This document shows, one piece after another, positions 1 through 7,892 of a stretch of DNA of 30,518 nt (position 1 is the first letter of the stretch; each line of letters opens with the position of its first letter). The stretch is from Fastidiosibacter lacustris. GTDB lineage: Bacteria; Pseudomonadota; Gammaproteobacteria; Francisellales; Francisellaceae. Where the stretch lies: NCBI RefSeq assembly GCF_003428155.1, contig NZ_QLIR01000020.1:1-30518 (forward strand), in the 5' to 3' direction. The position numbers and the translations under genes were made by a program. Below the pieces are notes generated by a model. That model ran no database searches and had not been told where the DNA came from. It saw only the letters and a program-made list of their open reading frames with translations.

Positions 1-206
1 TCAAACATCCTTTAAAACCCTTATCCAGAGCCCTCTCACCAAACACTCTCAGTGACAACGAGTCGCCATTATACACACACATCAATTCCCCGCAAGCGCT
101 TTTTTTAACTTTTTTTTAATTTTGTTTGATCGTGTTTGAAAAATCATCAACAATTAATGCAATACAAGATAACTTTATTAGTTTACTTTTTATTTGATTA
201 TCGGGT

Positions 207-2099
207 TTACTGAACCTTTTCCAGTTCTTCATGCAAACTTAGCCACTCTAGTTCAGATTTTTCCAATTCCATCTGAATTTCAGTATGTGCTTGCAATATA
301 ATATTTAACTGCTGCTTATCCTGATATAACGCTTCATCTTGAAGCTGAATATCAAGCTTACTTTTTTGCTGTTGTAACTTAGCAATTATCTCTTCAATTT
401 TTTTAATTTTATCAGTTAATGGTTTTTGCTTTTCACGTAATTGAGTCCGCCGTTGACGTTCTTTCTTTTTATTCTCTTTACTTACAACGAACATCGAACC
501 TTCTTTCTCTTTAGTTTGAGATATTGTGGTTTTGGCTGACACATATTGATAATAATCCGTTAAATCGCCATCAAAAGCAGACACCTGACCTTGATCAACT
601 AACCAATACTCATCAACCGTGCTTTCTAGTAAATAACGATCGTGTGATATCAACACTAAAGCACCATCAAAAGATTGTAGTGCAAATGCCAAGGCTTCAC
701 GCACCTCAATATCTAAATGGTTGGTCGGCTCATCTAGAAGTAAAAAGTTAGGCTTTTGATAAACGATTAATGCAAGCGCCAAGCGCGCCTTTTCGCCTCC
801 TGAGAAGCCACCGACTGCCGATAATGCCATTTCATTACTAAAGTTAAATCGCCCCAAAAACTTACGTGCCTGCTCATCCGTAATTTTCGTATCTAAACGC
901 TTCATATGTGTCAAAGCGGAAGCATCAAAATCAAGTGCATCTAACGAATGTTGCGCAAAGTAACCTATCTTTAGATCAGGATGCTTTTTAGCTTCGCCTT
1001 GTGATAATTGCAAATCACCAACTAAGCCCTTCACAAAAGTTGATTTACCGGCACCATTTTTACCCAAAAGACCTATGCGCATCTCTGGCAAAATCATCGT
1101 GTTAAGATCACTCAAAATAACCTTGTCGCCATAACCCAATACGCCATTTTCAAGTGTCAACAAACTGCCTGTTGGCATTTTGACATTCTCAGCAAAACTA
1201 AAGCTAAAACTTTGCTTATCATGTACCGCCTCGATACGCTGCATTTTCTCGAGCATTTTAACGCGTGATTGAGCTTGTTTCGCTTTGGATGCTTTCGCTT
1301 TAAAGCGATTAACAAAGCTTTCTAAATGTGCGATTTTTTGCTGTTGCTTAACATGTGCCTTTTGTTGTAACAAGCGTTTTTCATGATATTGCTTTTCAAA
1401 AGATGAGTAATTACCGGTGTAACTATCAATGCCTTTATTTTCAATATATAACACACGCTCAACGACATTATCTAGAAAAATTCGATCGTGTGAGATAAGG
1501 ACGATCGCACCTTGATAATTTTGTAAATAACGCTCAAGCCACATCACTGCATCTAAATCCAAGTGGTTTGTTGGCTCATCCAATAGCAGTATTTCAGCTT
1601 GCTGTAGTAGAGCTTGTGCTAAGTTCAAGCGAATACGCCAACCACCTGAGAGCGATTTAACAGATTCATGCAGCTGCTTTGGCTCAAAGCCTAAACCATC
1701 TAACAGCTGAGCGGCTTGTGACTCCAGTTGATAGCCACCTAATGCTTCAAAATCAGCATGAAGTTGCGCATGCTCTTCATAAGCCTCATCAGTGAGCGCT
1801 TTCTCCATTGCCACCGTTAATTGATGTAATTCGGCATTGCCTTGCATGACATAGCGCACAACCGAAGCATCTAAATCATCGACTTCTTGTTTGACTGTCA
1901 CAATACGCGTGCCCTTGGCAATCTCAAGTTCACCTTGATCTGCTTGCAAGCCCTGAGCTAAAAGCATAAATAGCGAGGTCTTGCCAGCGCCATTAGCACC
2001 AACAAGACCGATTTTTTGCTTATCATAAATTGCGAAGCTCACATCATCAAATAATGTCTTTAAGCCGCGCTGTAATGAGATATTTTGTAATGTAATCAA
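207..2099 (-). CDS. yheS: ABC-F family ATPase (YheS-like; two ABC cassettes, no membrane domain, C-terminal coiled-coil tail)
   Basis: Two Walker A loops (GANGAGKTS, GKNGAGKST), two signature motifs (LSGGWRIRLNLAQAL, FSGGEKARLALALIV), inter-domain TGNYSSFEKQ, and a K/E/Q-rich tail. Colinear with E. coli YheS as I remember it. I set the start at TTG 2099: GGAG lies 8 nt upstream, it aligns with E. coli Met1, and it forms a TTGA overlap with the carB stop. The ORF-track start at 2126 is a GTG and is the alternative. Confidence 0.85.
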   Translation of the reverse strand: MITLQNISLQRGLKTLFDDVSFAIYDKQKIGLVGANGAGKTSLFMLLAQGLQADQGELEIAKGTRIVTVKQEVDDLDASVVRYVMQGNAELHQLTVAMEKALTDEAYEEHAQLHADFEALGGYQLESQAAQLLDGLGFEPKQLHESVKSLSGGWRIRLNLAQALLQQAEILLLDEPTNHLDLDAVMWLERYLQNYQGAIVLISHDRIFLDNVVERVLYIENKGIDSYTGNYSSFEKQYHEKRLLQQKAHVKQQQKIAHLESFVNRFKAKASKAKQAQSRVKMLEKMQRIEAVHDKQSFSFSFAENVKMPTGSLLTLENGVLGYGDKVILSDLNTMILPEMRIGLLGKNGAGKSTFVKGLVGDLQLSQGEAKKHPDLKIGYFAQHSLDALDFDASALTHMKRLDTKITDEQARKFLGRFNFSNEMALSAVGGFSGGEKARLALALIVYQKPNFLLLDEPTNHLDIEVREALAFALQSFDGALVLISHDRYLLESTVDEYWLVDQGQVSAFDGDLTDYYQYVSAKTTISQTKEKEGSMFVVSKENKKKERQRRTQLREKQKPLTDKIKKIEEIIAKLQQQKSKLDIQLQDEALYQDKQQLNIILQAHTEIQMELEKSELEWLSLHEELEKVQ

Positions 2100-5000
2100 G
2101 CACGAGTCTCCATAAACTCTCGCCACGATTTAACGTGAATGGGCGCATCATGCAATTCAGCCAACGAGCGCAACGTTAACTCAGCAATCTGCAAATTAGT
2201 AATCAGTGGAATATGGTGATCAACCGCTAAACGCCTAATTTTAAAACCATCTGAAAGATTATCATCACTTACATGTTGTTCTCTACGTGGAATATTAATA
2301 ATCAAATCCACACAGCGATCGGCAATGATATTTTCAACGTTTGGCGCTTCTGACTCACTGATTTTATAGGCCAGCTTTGTTTCAATACCAAACTCTTTTA
2401 AGTATTGACTAGTTCCTGTTGTTGTATAAATTTCCCAACCTAACTCGTAAAGCCTCTTTATCTCTGGTAAAAGCTTAACTTTCTTGTCACCTCCAATTGA
2501 AAGCAATACTTTTTTGCGTTTTACAAACATTTCTGTTGCCTGCCAAGATTTATAAAACGCATCCAATAAATCATAGCCAATACACCCCACCTCACCCGTT
2601 GAAGACATTTCAACATGCGCCACAGGATTGGCACCTTTTAATCGATTATATGAAAATTGTGATGTTTTTACACCAACGTAATCTAAGTCCAAAGTGTTAT
2701 AGCGTTTTTTGTTATATTTACCCATGATCACCTCAGCTGCGATCTCAATAAAATTATGCCCTGTCACTTTCGATACAAATGGAAATGAGCGTGATGCACG
2801 CAAATTACACTCAATCACTTTGAGGTTATTATCTTTGGCAATAAATTGAATATTAAAAGGACCTGAAATATTAAGTGCTTTAACAATTTTCTTGGTAATA
2901 CGCTTAGCACGACGAATCGTTTCTAAATACAAGTTTTGAGGAGGTAATACAATGGTTGCATCCCCAGAATGAACGCCTGCATTTTCAACATGCTCAGAAA
3001 TCGCATAAATAACGATTTCACCATTTTGAGCAACACCATCTATTTCTAGCTCTTTAGCATTGTTAATAAAATCTGAAATCACAACAGGATGCTCAGGAGA
3101 TACCAAAGCCGCCTCACGCAAGTATTGCTCAAGCGCATCTTCAGAATAAATTACGTTCATGGCTGCTCCTGATAGCACATAAGAAGGACGCACCAAGATT
3201 GGGTAACCAACTCTTTCTGCAAATGCTTTCGCATTTTCCAAAGTTGTCACAGACTCCCAAGCAGGCTGATCAATGCCAAGCTCATTTAACATATTCGAAA
3301 AAATTGCTCGATTTTCGGCACGATTAATGTTCTGAGGAGAGGTGCCCAAAATTGGATAACCCACTTTGGATAAAGGCACAACTAGGTTATTGGCGACCTG
3401 CCCACCTACTGATACAATAATGCCCTTCAAGTTTTCAAAATCAGCAATATCCTGAACGCGCTCAAAGGTTAACTGCTCAAAATACAATCTGTCCGACTCA
3501 TCATAATCGGTTGATACAGTTTCCGGGTTGGAGTTGATAATAATAGGTGACTCACCTAGTTTTTTGAGTGTATGAGCAGCAGTGACACCACACCAATCAA
3601 ATTCAACTGAAGATCCAATACTATACGGTCCTGAACCAAGGATTAAACTTGCAGGTATTTTAGATGGTAAAATGTCATGCTCAATTCCATGATAAGTCAT
3701 ATATAAATAATTGGTTTCTGCTTCAAATTCGCCAGCTAACGTATCTATCTGTTTAACGTAAGGGACGATCCCTTGAGCAATCCGCCAAGCACGTAAGGCT
3801 TGAACATCCATTTCACGAAATCTTGCGATACTCTTATCAGAAAAACCAAGTTTCTTAGCTTCTTTTAACAATGAGTTAGTTAAAGGAATCGCATGATTTT
3901 TCAAAGTATTTTCCATATTTGCAATCGTGTGCATATGATTTAAAAACCATTTATCTATACCTGATAGTGCATGCGCCTTATCAATACTACCCCCTTTAAC
4001 AAAAAAGCGATGTAGTGCAAAGATCCTTCTATCGGTTGCCCGCTCAATCTCAAGTTCAAGATCAGGAATATCAAAGGGATAATCCGTTAAATCCGCAGCC
4101 CCTATGTTTAACATACCTACCGCTTTTTGCAAGGCTTCTGAAAAAGAACGACCAATTGCCATAACCTCGCCAACTGACTTCATTTCTGTGCCAATAAAAC
4201 GTTCTGCTTTTTTAAGTTTATGTGTATCCCAACGAGGAATTTTAACAACAATGTAATCTAAAGCGGGTTCAAAGTAAGCACAAGTCTTCTTGGTTACTGC
4301 ATTTTGTAACTCATGTAAGTTATATCCTAAGATAAGTTTTGCAGCAATAAATGCCAATGGATAACCTGTTGCTTTTGAAGCTAATGCTGATGAGCGCGAT
4401 AAACGAGGATTAATCTCTATCACACGATAATCAGACGTTGCAAGATTAAAAGCGTATTGAATATTACATTCACCGATGATATTAAAATGATTGGCAACCT
4501 TAATCGCGATTTCACGCAAGCGGTGATATTCTTTATTATTTAATGATTGTGAAGGTGAAACAACAATACTTTCACCGGTGTGAATTCCCATTGGATCAAA
4601 GTTTTCCATATTGCATACAGTAAGCACGTTTCCTGCCATATCCCGAACAATTTCGTATTCAAACTCATTCCAACCCAATAGACATTCTTCAATTAACACT
4701 TGAGAAGTCGCATTCAGCACTTCAGTAACACGATGTTTAAGTTCATCTTTAGTTTTGACGATGCCTGAACCAAGTCCACCCAAAGAAAAACCTGAGCGCA
4801 TCATCAGCGGAAAACCAATTTCCTCAGCTGCAATTAAGGCTTCTTTTAACGTTGTAGCCACAAAACTTTTAGCTGTTTTAATACCAATCTCATCTAATTT
4901 ATTTTTAAAAAGTCCACGATCTTCCGCTTCCCTGATTGTCTGTACCGAGCTTCCTAACACTTTGACATCATGGAGTGCTAACACACCTTTTTCTTCAAGC

Positions 5001-5314
5001 TTAAGCCCCAAGTTCAAAGCTGTTTGCCCACCAAAGCTAAGCATAATCGCATCTGGCTTTTCTTTTTCAATAATTTTGGTGACATGTGCAAGATCTAATG
5101 GCTCAAAGTACACCTCATCAGCCATCCCAGGATCGGTTTGAATCGTTGCAATGTTAGGGTTAACCAAAATAATCTTGATTCCTTCCTCTTTTAGCGCCTT
5201 TATCGCTTGTGAGCCTGAATAGTCAAACTCACCTGCTTGAGAAATACGAATACCACCTGATCCTAAGAGTAAAACCTTTTTGATTTGTTTGAAAACGTCA
5301 CGATGATTAAGCAT
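2096..5314 (-). CDS. carB: carbamoyl-phosphate synthase large (synthetase) subunit
   Basis: 1072 aa, the canonical CarB length. Two ATP-grasp halves are present. First half: GSGGIRISQAGEFDYSGSQA, CNMENFDPMGIHTGES, NPRLSRSSALASKATGYPLAFIAAK. Second half: GSGPYSIGSSVEFDWC, HSGDATIVLPPQ, CNLRASRSFPFVSK. The C-terminus is an MGS-like allosteric domain (KKVLLSIGG, TTGTSQYL). No carA-like ORF lies on either side. Confidence 0.92.
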   Translation of the reverse strand: MLNHRDVFKQIKKVLLLGSGGIRISQAGEFDYSGSQAIKALKEEGIKIILVNPNIATIQTDPGMADEVYFEPLDLAHVTKIIEKEKPDAIMLSFGGQTALNLGLKLEEKGVLALHDVKVLGSSVQTIREAEDRGLFKNKLDEIGIKTAKSFVATTLKEALIAAEEIGFPLMMRSGFSLGGLGSGIVKTKDELKHRVTEVLNATSQVLIEECLLGWNEFEYEIVRDMAGNVLTVCNMENFDPMGIHTGESIVVSPSQSLNNKEYHRLREIAIKVANHFNIIGECNIQYAFNLATSDYRVIEINPRLSRSSALASKATGYPLAFIAAKLILGYNLHELQNAVTKKTCAYFEPALDYIVVKIPRWDTHKLKKAERFIGTEMKSVGEVMAIGRSFSEALQKAVGMLNIGAADLTDYPFDIPDLELEIERATDRRIFALHRFFVKGGSIDKAHALSGIDKWFLNHMHTIANMENTLKNHAIPLTNSLLKEAKKLGFSDKSIARFREMDVQALRAWRIAQGIVPYVKQIDTLAGEFEAETNYLYMTYHGIEHDILPSKIPASLILGSGPYSIGSSVEFDWCGVTAAHTLKKLGESPIIINSNPETVSTDYDESDRLYFEQLTFERVQDIADFENLKGIIVSVGGQVANNLVVPLSKVGYPILGTSPQNINRAENRAIFSNMLNELGIDQPAWESVTTLENAKAFAERVGYPILVRPSYVLSGAAMNVIYSEDALEQYLREAALVSPEHPVVISDFINNAKELEIDGVAQNGEIVIYAISEHVENAGVHSGDATIVLPPQNLYLETIRRAKRITKKIVKALNISGPFNIQFIAKDNNLKVIECNLRASRSFPFVSKVTGHNFIEIAAEVIMGKYNKKRYNTLDLDYVGVKTSQFSYNRLKGANPVAHVEMSSTGEVGCIGYDLLDAFYKSWQATEMFVKRKKVLLSIGGDKKVKLLPEIKRLYELGWEIYTTTGTSQYLKEFGIETKLAYKISESEAPNVENIIADRCVDLIINIPRREQHVSDDNLSDGFKIRRLAVDHHIPLITNLQIAELTLRSLAELHDAPIHVKSWREFMETRA

Positions 5315-5436
5315 TAAAATTTCACGTTGTTCGAGTTTACCTTATTCTAAAGTTTTTTCCGTGAAACGCAATTATATCGCTTAAATGATTCATAATAGTT
5401 ATAAAGTTATTTCTCTCAAGTCATCTAAAAGGGGCA

Positions 5437-6255
5437 CTACTGGATGCTAATTTGGCATTTATAACCTGCAAATTTTCGTACATTCATCACGCCAGTATCT
5501 AAGATAACATATTGCCCTTTCATTCCCATAAGCAACCCTTCAATAATTAGGGATTTATCCAAGTTATGTGCTTGTATTTTATTTGGGTATTCTAGCACAG
5601 GATAATGAATCTGCTGCTCAGACATTTTCACAATTTTTATTGATGCTTCACTATATTTTTCCTTTAAAGCATCAATAAAATGTTGCTCTTTTGCCAATAT
5701 TTTATTTTTATAATCTAATAAATCTAACTGATCAGGAGATGATTTTAGCATCGCCTGCCAATTGGTTTTATCAGTCACATGTTGTGCAAGCTTTACTTCG
5801 ATTAAACCTGATAGCAACCGCTCACTAACTTGAACAATTGGCAATGCCTGAGTTGCACCTTGATCAATCCAACGAGATGGAATATTTTTTTCACGCGTAA
5901 TACCCACTTTAATAACTGCCGTATTGGCAAGATAAATATAATGTGGCTTTATGCAGTGCGCCTTACCCCAACTACTATCACGGCATGTCCCTTCATGGTA
6001 ATGACATAATTCTGGCTTAATGATACAGGTATCGCATTCTGCTAAGCTTCTCAAACAAGGAAAACAATAGCCCTGATTAAAACTCTTTTTAGTGGACCGT
6101 CCACAGGCAACACAATTAATTTCCCCCAAAAATTTCAGAGTTATACGTTTACCAATAAGCGCATTCATTTTAAGCTCGCCTAGCTGATATTGAGCTATAT
6201 TACTTTCACTCAGGAAAGTTTGCATTTTTGACAAAGTGATTGTTTGTTCTATCAT
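5437..6255 (-). CDS. Cys-rich zinc-ribbon protein, DUF2797-like (function unknown)
   Basis: 272-aa ORF with a cluster of CxxC pairs (CVAC, CFPC, CDTC, then C-H-x-H, C, C) at aa 48-101. A conserved-looking block follows: HYIYLANTAVIKVGITREKNIPSRWIDQGATQALP. Length and pattern match my recollection of the DUF2797 family. The start ATG overlaps the stop of the upstream QueC-like gene (ATGA at 6252-6255). Confidence 0.6.
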   Translation of the reverse strand: MIEQTITLSKMQTFLSESNIAQYQLGELKMNALIGKRITLKFLGEINCVACGRSTKKSFNQGYCFPCLRSLAECDTCIIKPELCHYHEGTCRDSSWGKAHCIKPHYIYLANTAVIKVGITREKNIPSRWIDQGATQALPIVQVSERLLSGLIEVKLAQHVTDKTNWQAMLKSSPDQLDLLDYKNKILAKEQHFIDALKEKYSEASIKIVKMSEQQIHYPVLEYPNKIQAHNLDKSLIIEGLLMGMKGQYVILDTGVMNVRKFAGYKCQISIQ

Positions 6256-7082
6256 TTAACACTCTTTGCTTGTTTGCAGTTAAACTCAGCAATGACTTTT
6301 TGCGTATGCTCCTTAACAATTTTCCAACTTACAGGACCCAATTCATCTGCATATGCTGCTGGATCCTTTAGTTCCAAGGCTAAAAAGGCTTCAATTCGCC
6401 CAATTGAAGATGCTGACTTATAATCGCTATAAATCGTATTGTCATATTTAATAGGAATATATGAGGTAAACGTCATTCCATAGATCTCTTCATAGTCTAG
6501 TCCCAATGATTCACATGCACTTATTCCATCTTTTAATACATATGCTTTGTTATAATCAATATAAGGAAGATAATATTTCACACGCTCTGCATCCCAATTA
6601 CCCGCAACAAACGCTTCATAGTCTTTATCACGAAACAACTGACGACAATCTGGATAGGTTGCATGATCTCCAGCATGAACCCCCATTGCAATTAGAACCT
6701 CACAATCATTAGCTTTTGCAATTGACAATGCCACTGCTTGCAAAATTGAACTAAAGATTTTATTACGATTTGGCACCACCGTTAAGCGCATATTACTCTC
6801 GTGATAATGCCCTTGAGGCACATTATCTCCACCATTTATTAATGTGGAATGCAATAACTTTGCAAGTCCATCTATTTTAATTACTTGATGATGAAGCTTA
6901 AAGTTTTGTAGTTTAAGGTAATCAGCCAAGCTTCTTGCTTTATCTAATTCTACTTTATGCTTTTGACCATAATCAAAAGAGAGTGCTGTAACTTCATAAC
7001 CATCATCTAGTAAACGCAGCATCAATGAAGAGGAATCCATACCACCTGAAAATGACACTACTGCATATTTTCTTTTACTCAT
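6252..7082 (-). CDS. QueC-like PP-loop ATPase (7-cyano-7-deazaguanine synthase family, atypical: lacks the C-terminal Cys cluster)
   Basis: PP-loop SFSGGMDSS, FDYGQKH, VVPNRN and ATYPDCR match QueC landmarks (E. coli: FSGGQDST, FDYGQRH, FVPGRN, SGYPDCR). I set the start at ATG 7082 (MSKRKYAVVSFSGG), with GAGG 6 nt upstream. The ORF track begins at GTG 7094. Canonical QueC has C-x-many-CxxCxxC in the C-terminal region, whereas this protein reads TFTSY...KSASSIGRIEAF. Confidence 0.75.
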   Translation of the reverse strand: MSKRKYAVVSFSGGMDSSSLMLRLLDDGYEVTALSFDYGQKHKVELDKARSLADYLKLQNFKLHHQVIKIDGLAKLLHSTLINGGDNVPQGHYHESNMRLTVVPNRNKIFSSILQAVALSIAKANDCEVLIAMGVHAGDHATYPDCRQLFRDKDYEAFVAGNWDAERVKYYLPYIDYNKAYVLKDGISACESLGLDYEEIYGMTFTSYIPIKYDNTIYSDYKSASSIGRIEAFLALELKDPAAYADELGPVSWKIVKEHTQKVIAEFNCKQAKSVK

Positions 7083-7424
7083 TCTTGACCTCACTGCAAT
7101 TTAGAGTTTCAAATTAAAAAAGATAAACCAATTGAACTAAGTTTCAGCGTATTATCTGACTTTTTAACCCAGCAAATCACACATTACAGACATTAAAAAT
7201 TAGACCTGTTAATCCAAGTAGATTATACCGATAAACCAATCAACTTTATAAGTTATTTATGAAAATTTAACATGATAATTGCGTTTTAATCTATCTATAC
7301 ATCGCTTCAAAATAGGGTAGAAAAATTGCGAAGCCAACGTTGACTCAAACGTAGATATAATTACTTGCAGCTGAATAAGAATTCGCCTATAGTGCTAAAA
7401 AATTTTTAAAATATCTTACTACAA

Positions 7425-7892
7425 ATGATTTACCGAATTGAAAAATGTCTTGATGGCTTTTCCACTTGCTTTCGCCAATGGAACGCTATTCATTCACATT
7501 GCCGTTTTTTGCACGGCTATGCTATTTCGTTTCGCCTGCATTTTAAAGCAAATCAACTTGACCAACACAATTGGGTATGGGACTTTGGATGGCTAAAAGA
7601 TAAACAATTTTTAATTGATGGTATGACAACAAAAGAATGGTTTCACTATATGTTTGATCACACGATTGTTTTGTCTGAAAAAGATCCTGCCCTTAGTACT
7701 TTTAAAGCTCTTGAAGAACAAGGTCTAATTCAGTTACGTACTTTACCTTATTTTAGTTGCGAAGGTATTGCTGAGTTTGTGCTCAACAAACTAGGAAGTA
7801 TGGTTTTGACTCACAGTAATAATCGAGCACAACTCTATCGAGTAGATGTCATGGAAAACAATAAGAATCTAGGAGCTGCTGAAATTGAATAA
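7425..7892 (+). CDS. QueD/PTPS-family protein (6-carboxytetrahydropterin synthase-like, atypical)
   Basis: 155 aa. GFSTCFRQWNAIHSHCRFLHGYAISFRLHF aligns with E. coli QueD [39 protein letters not shown] aligns with LDHHYLN, and there is a C-terminal V-x-V-x-E. No obvious Shine-Dalgarno sequence precedes the ATG. Confidence 0.7.
   Translation: MIYRIEKCLDGFSTCFRQWNAIHSHCRFLHGYAISFRLHFKANQLDQHNWVWDFGWLKDKQFLIDGMTTKEWFHYMFDHTIVLSEKDPALSTFKALEEQGLIQLRTLPYFSCEGIAEFVLNKLGSMVLTHSNNRAQLYRVDVMENNKNLGAAEIE

Noticed and set aside
1-206. Left edge of the window. It holds a frame-2 open stretch to about 118, a possible leftward promoter (minus-strand TATAAT at 68-73 with TTGCGG 16 nt upstream), and a T-run after GCGC at 97-107.
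   Set aside because: The open frame has an unprotein-like composition and no start in the window. The promoter would drive something outside the window. The hairpin before the T-run is only about 3 bp. I could not match the sequence to 6S, tmRNA, SRP or RNase P RNA from memory.
4755-5141. 128-aa plus-strand ORF antisense to carB. Similar cases: 524-751 in yheS, 2497-2727 in carB, 6506-6712 in the QueC-like gene, 10713-11634 in fadH, 13710-14126 in acnA, 22453-22671 in lpxD, 23960-24379 in lpxA, and 27672-28253 in trpS.
   Set aside because: All lie entirely inside, and antisense or out of frame to, long ORFs with unambiguous conserved-protein signatures. Their translations are low-complexity with no motifs. 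These are typical shadow ORFs.
7095-7424. Searched the QueC-like / QueD-like intergenic region on both strands for a preQ1 riboswitch (short hairpin followed by an A-rich tail ending in CUA near the SD). Also noticed TTGACT (7340-7345) and TATAAT (7356-7361).
   Set aside because: No preQ1-like hairpin and tail was recognisable by eye. The two hexamers are only 10 nt apart, so they cannot form a sigma70 promoter together. The real promoters remain unassigned.
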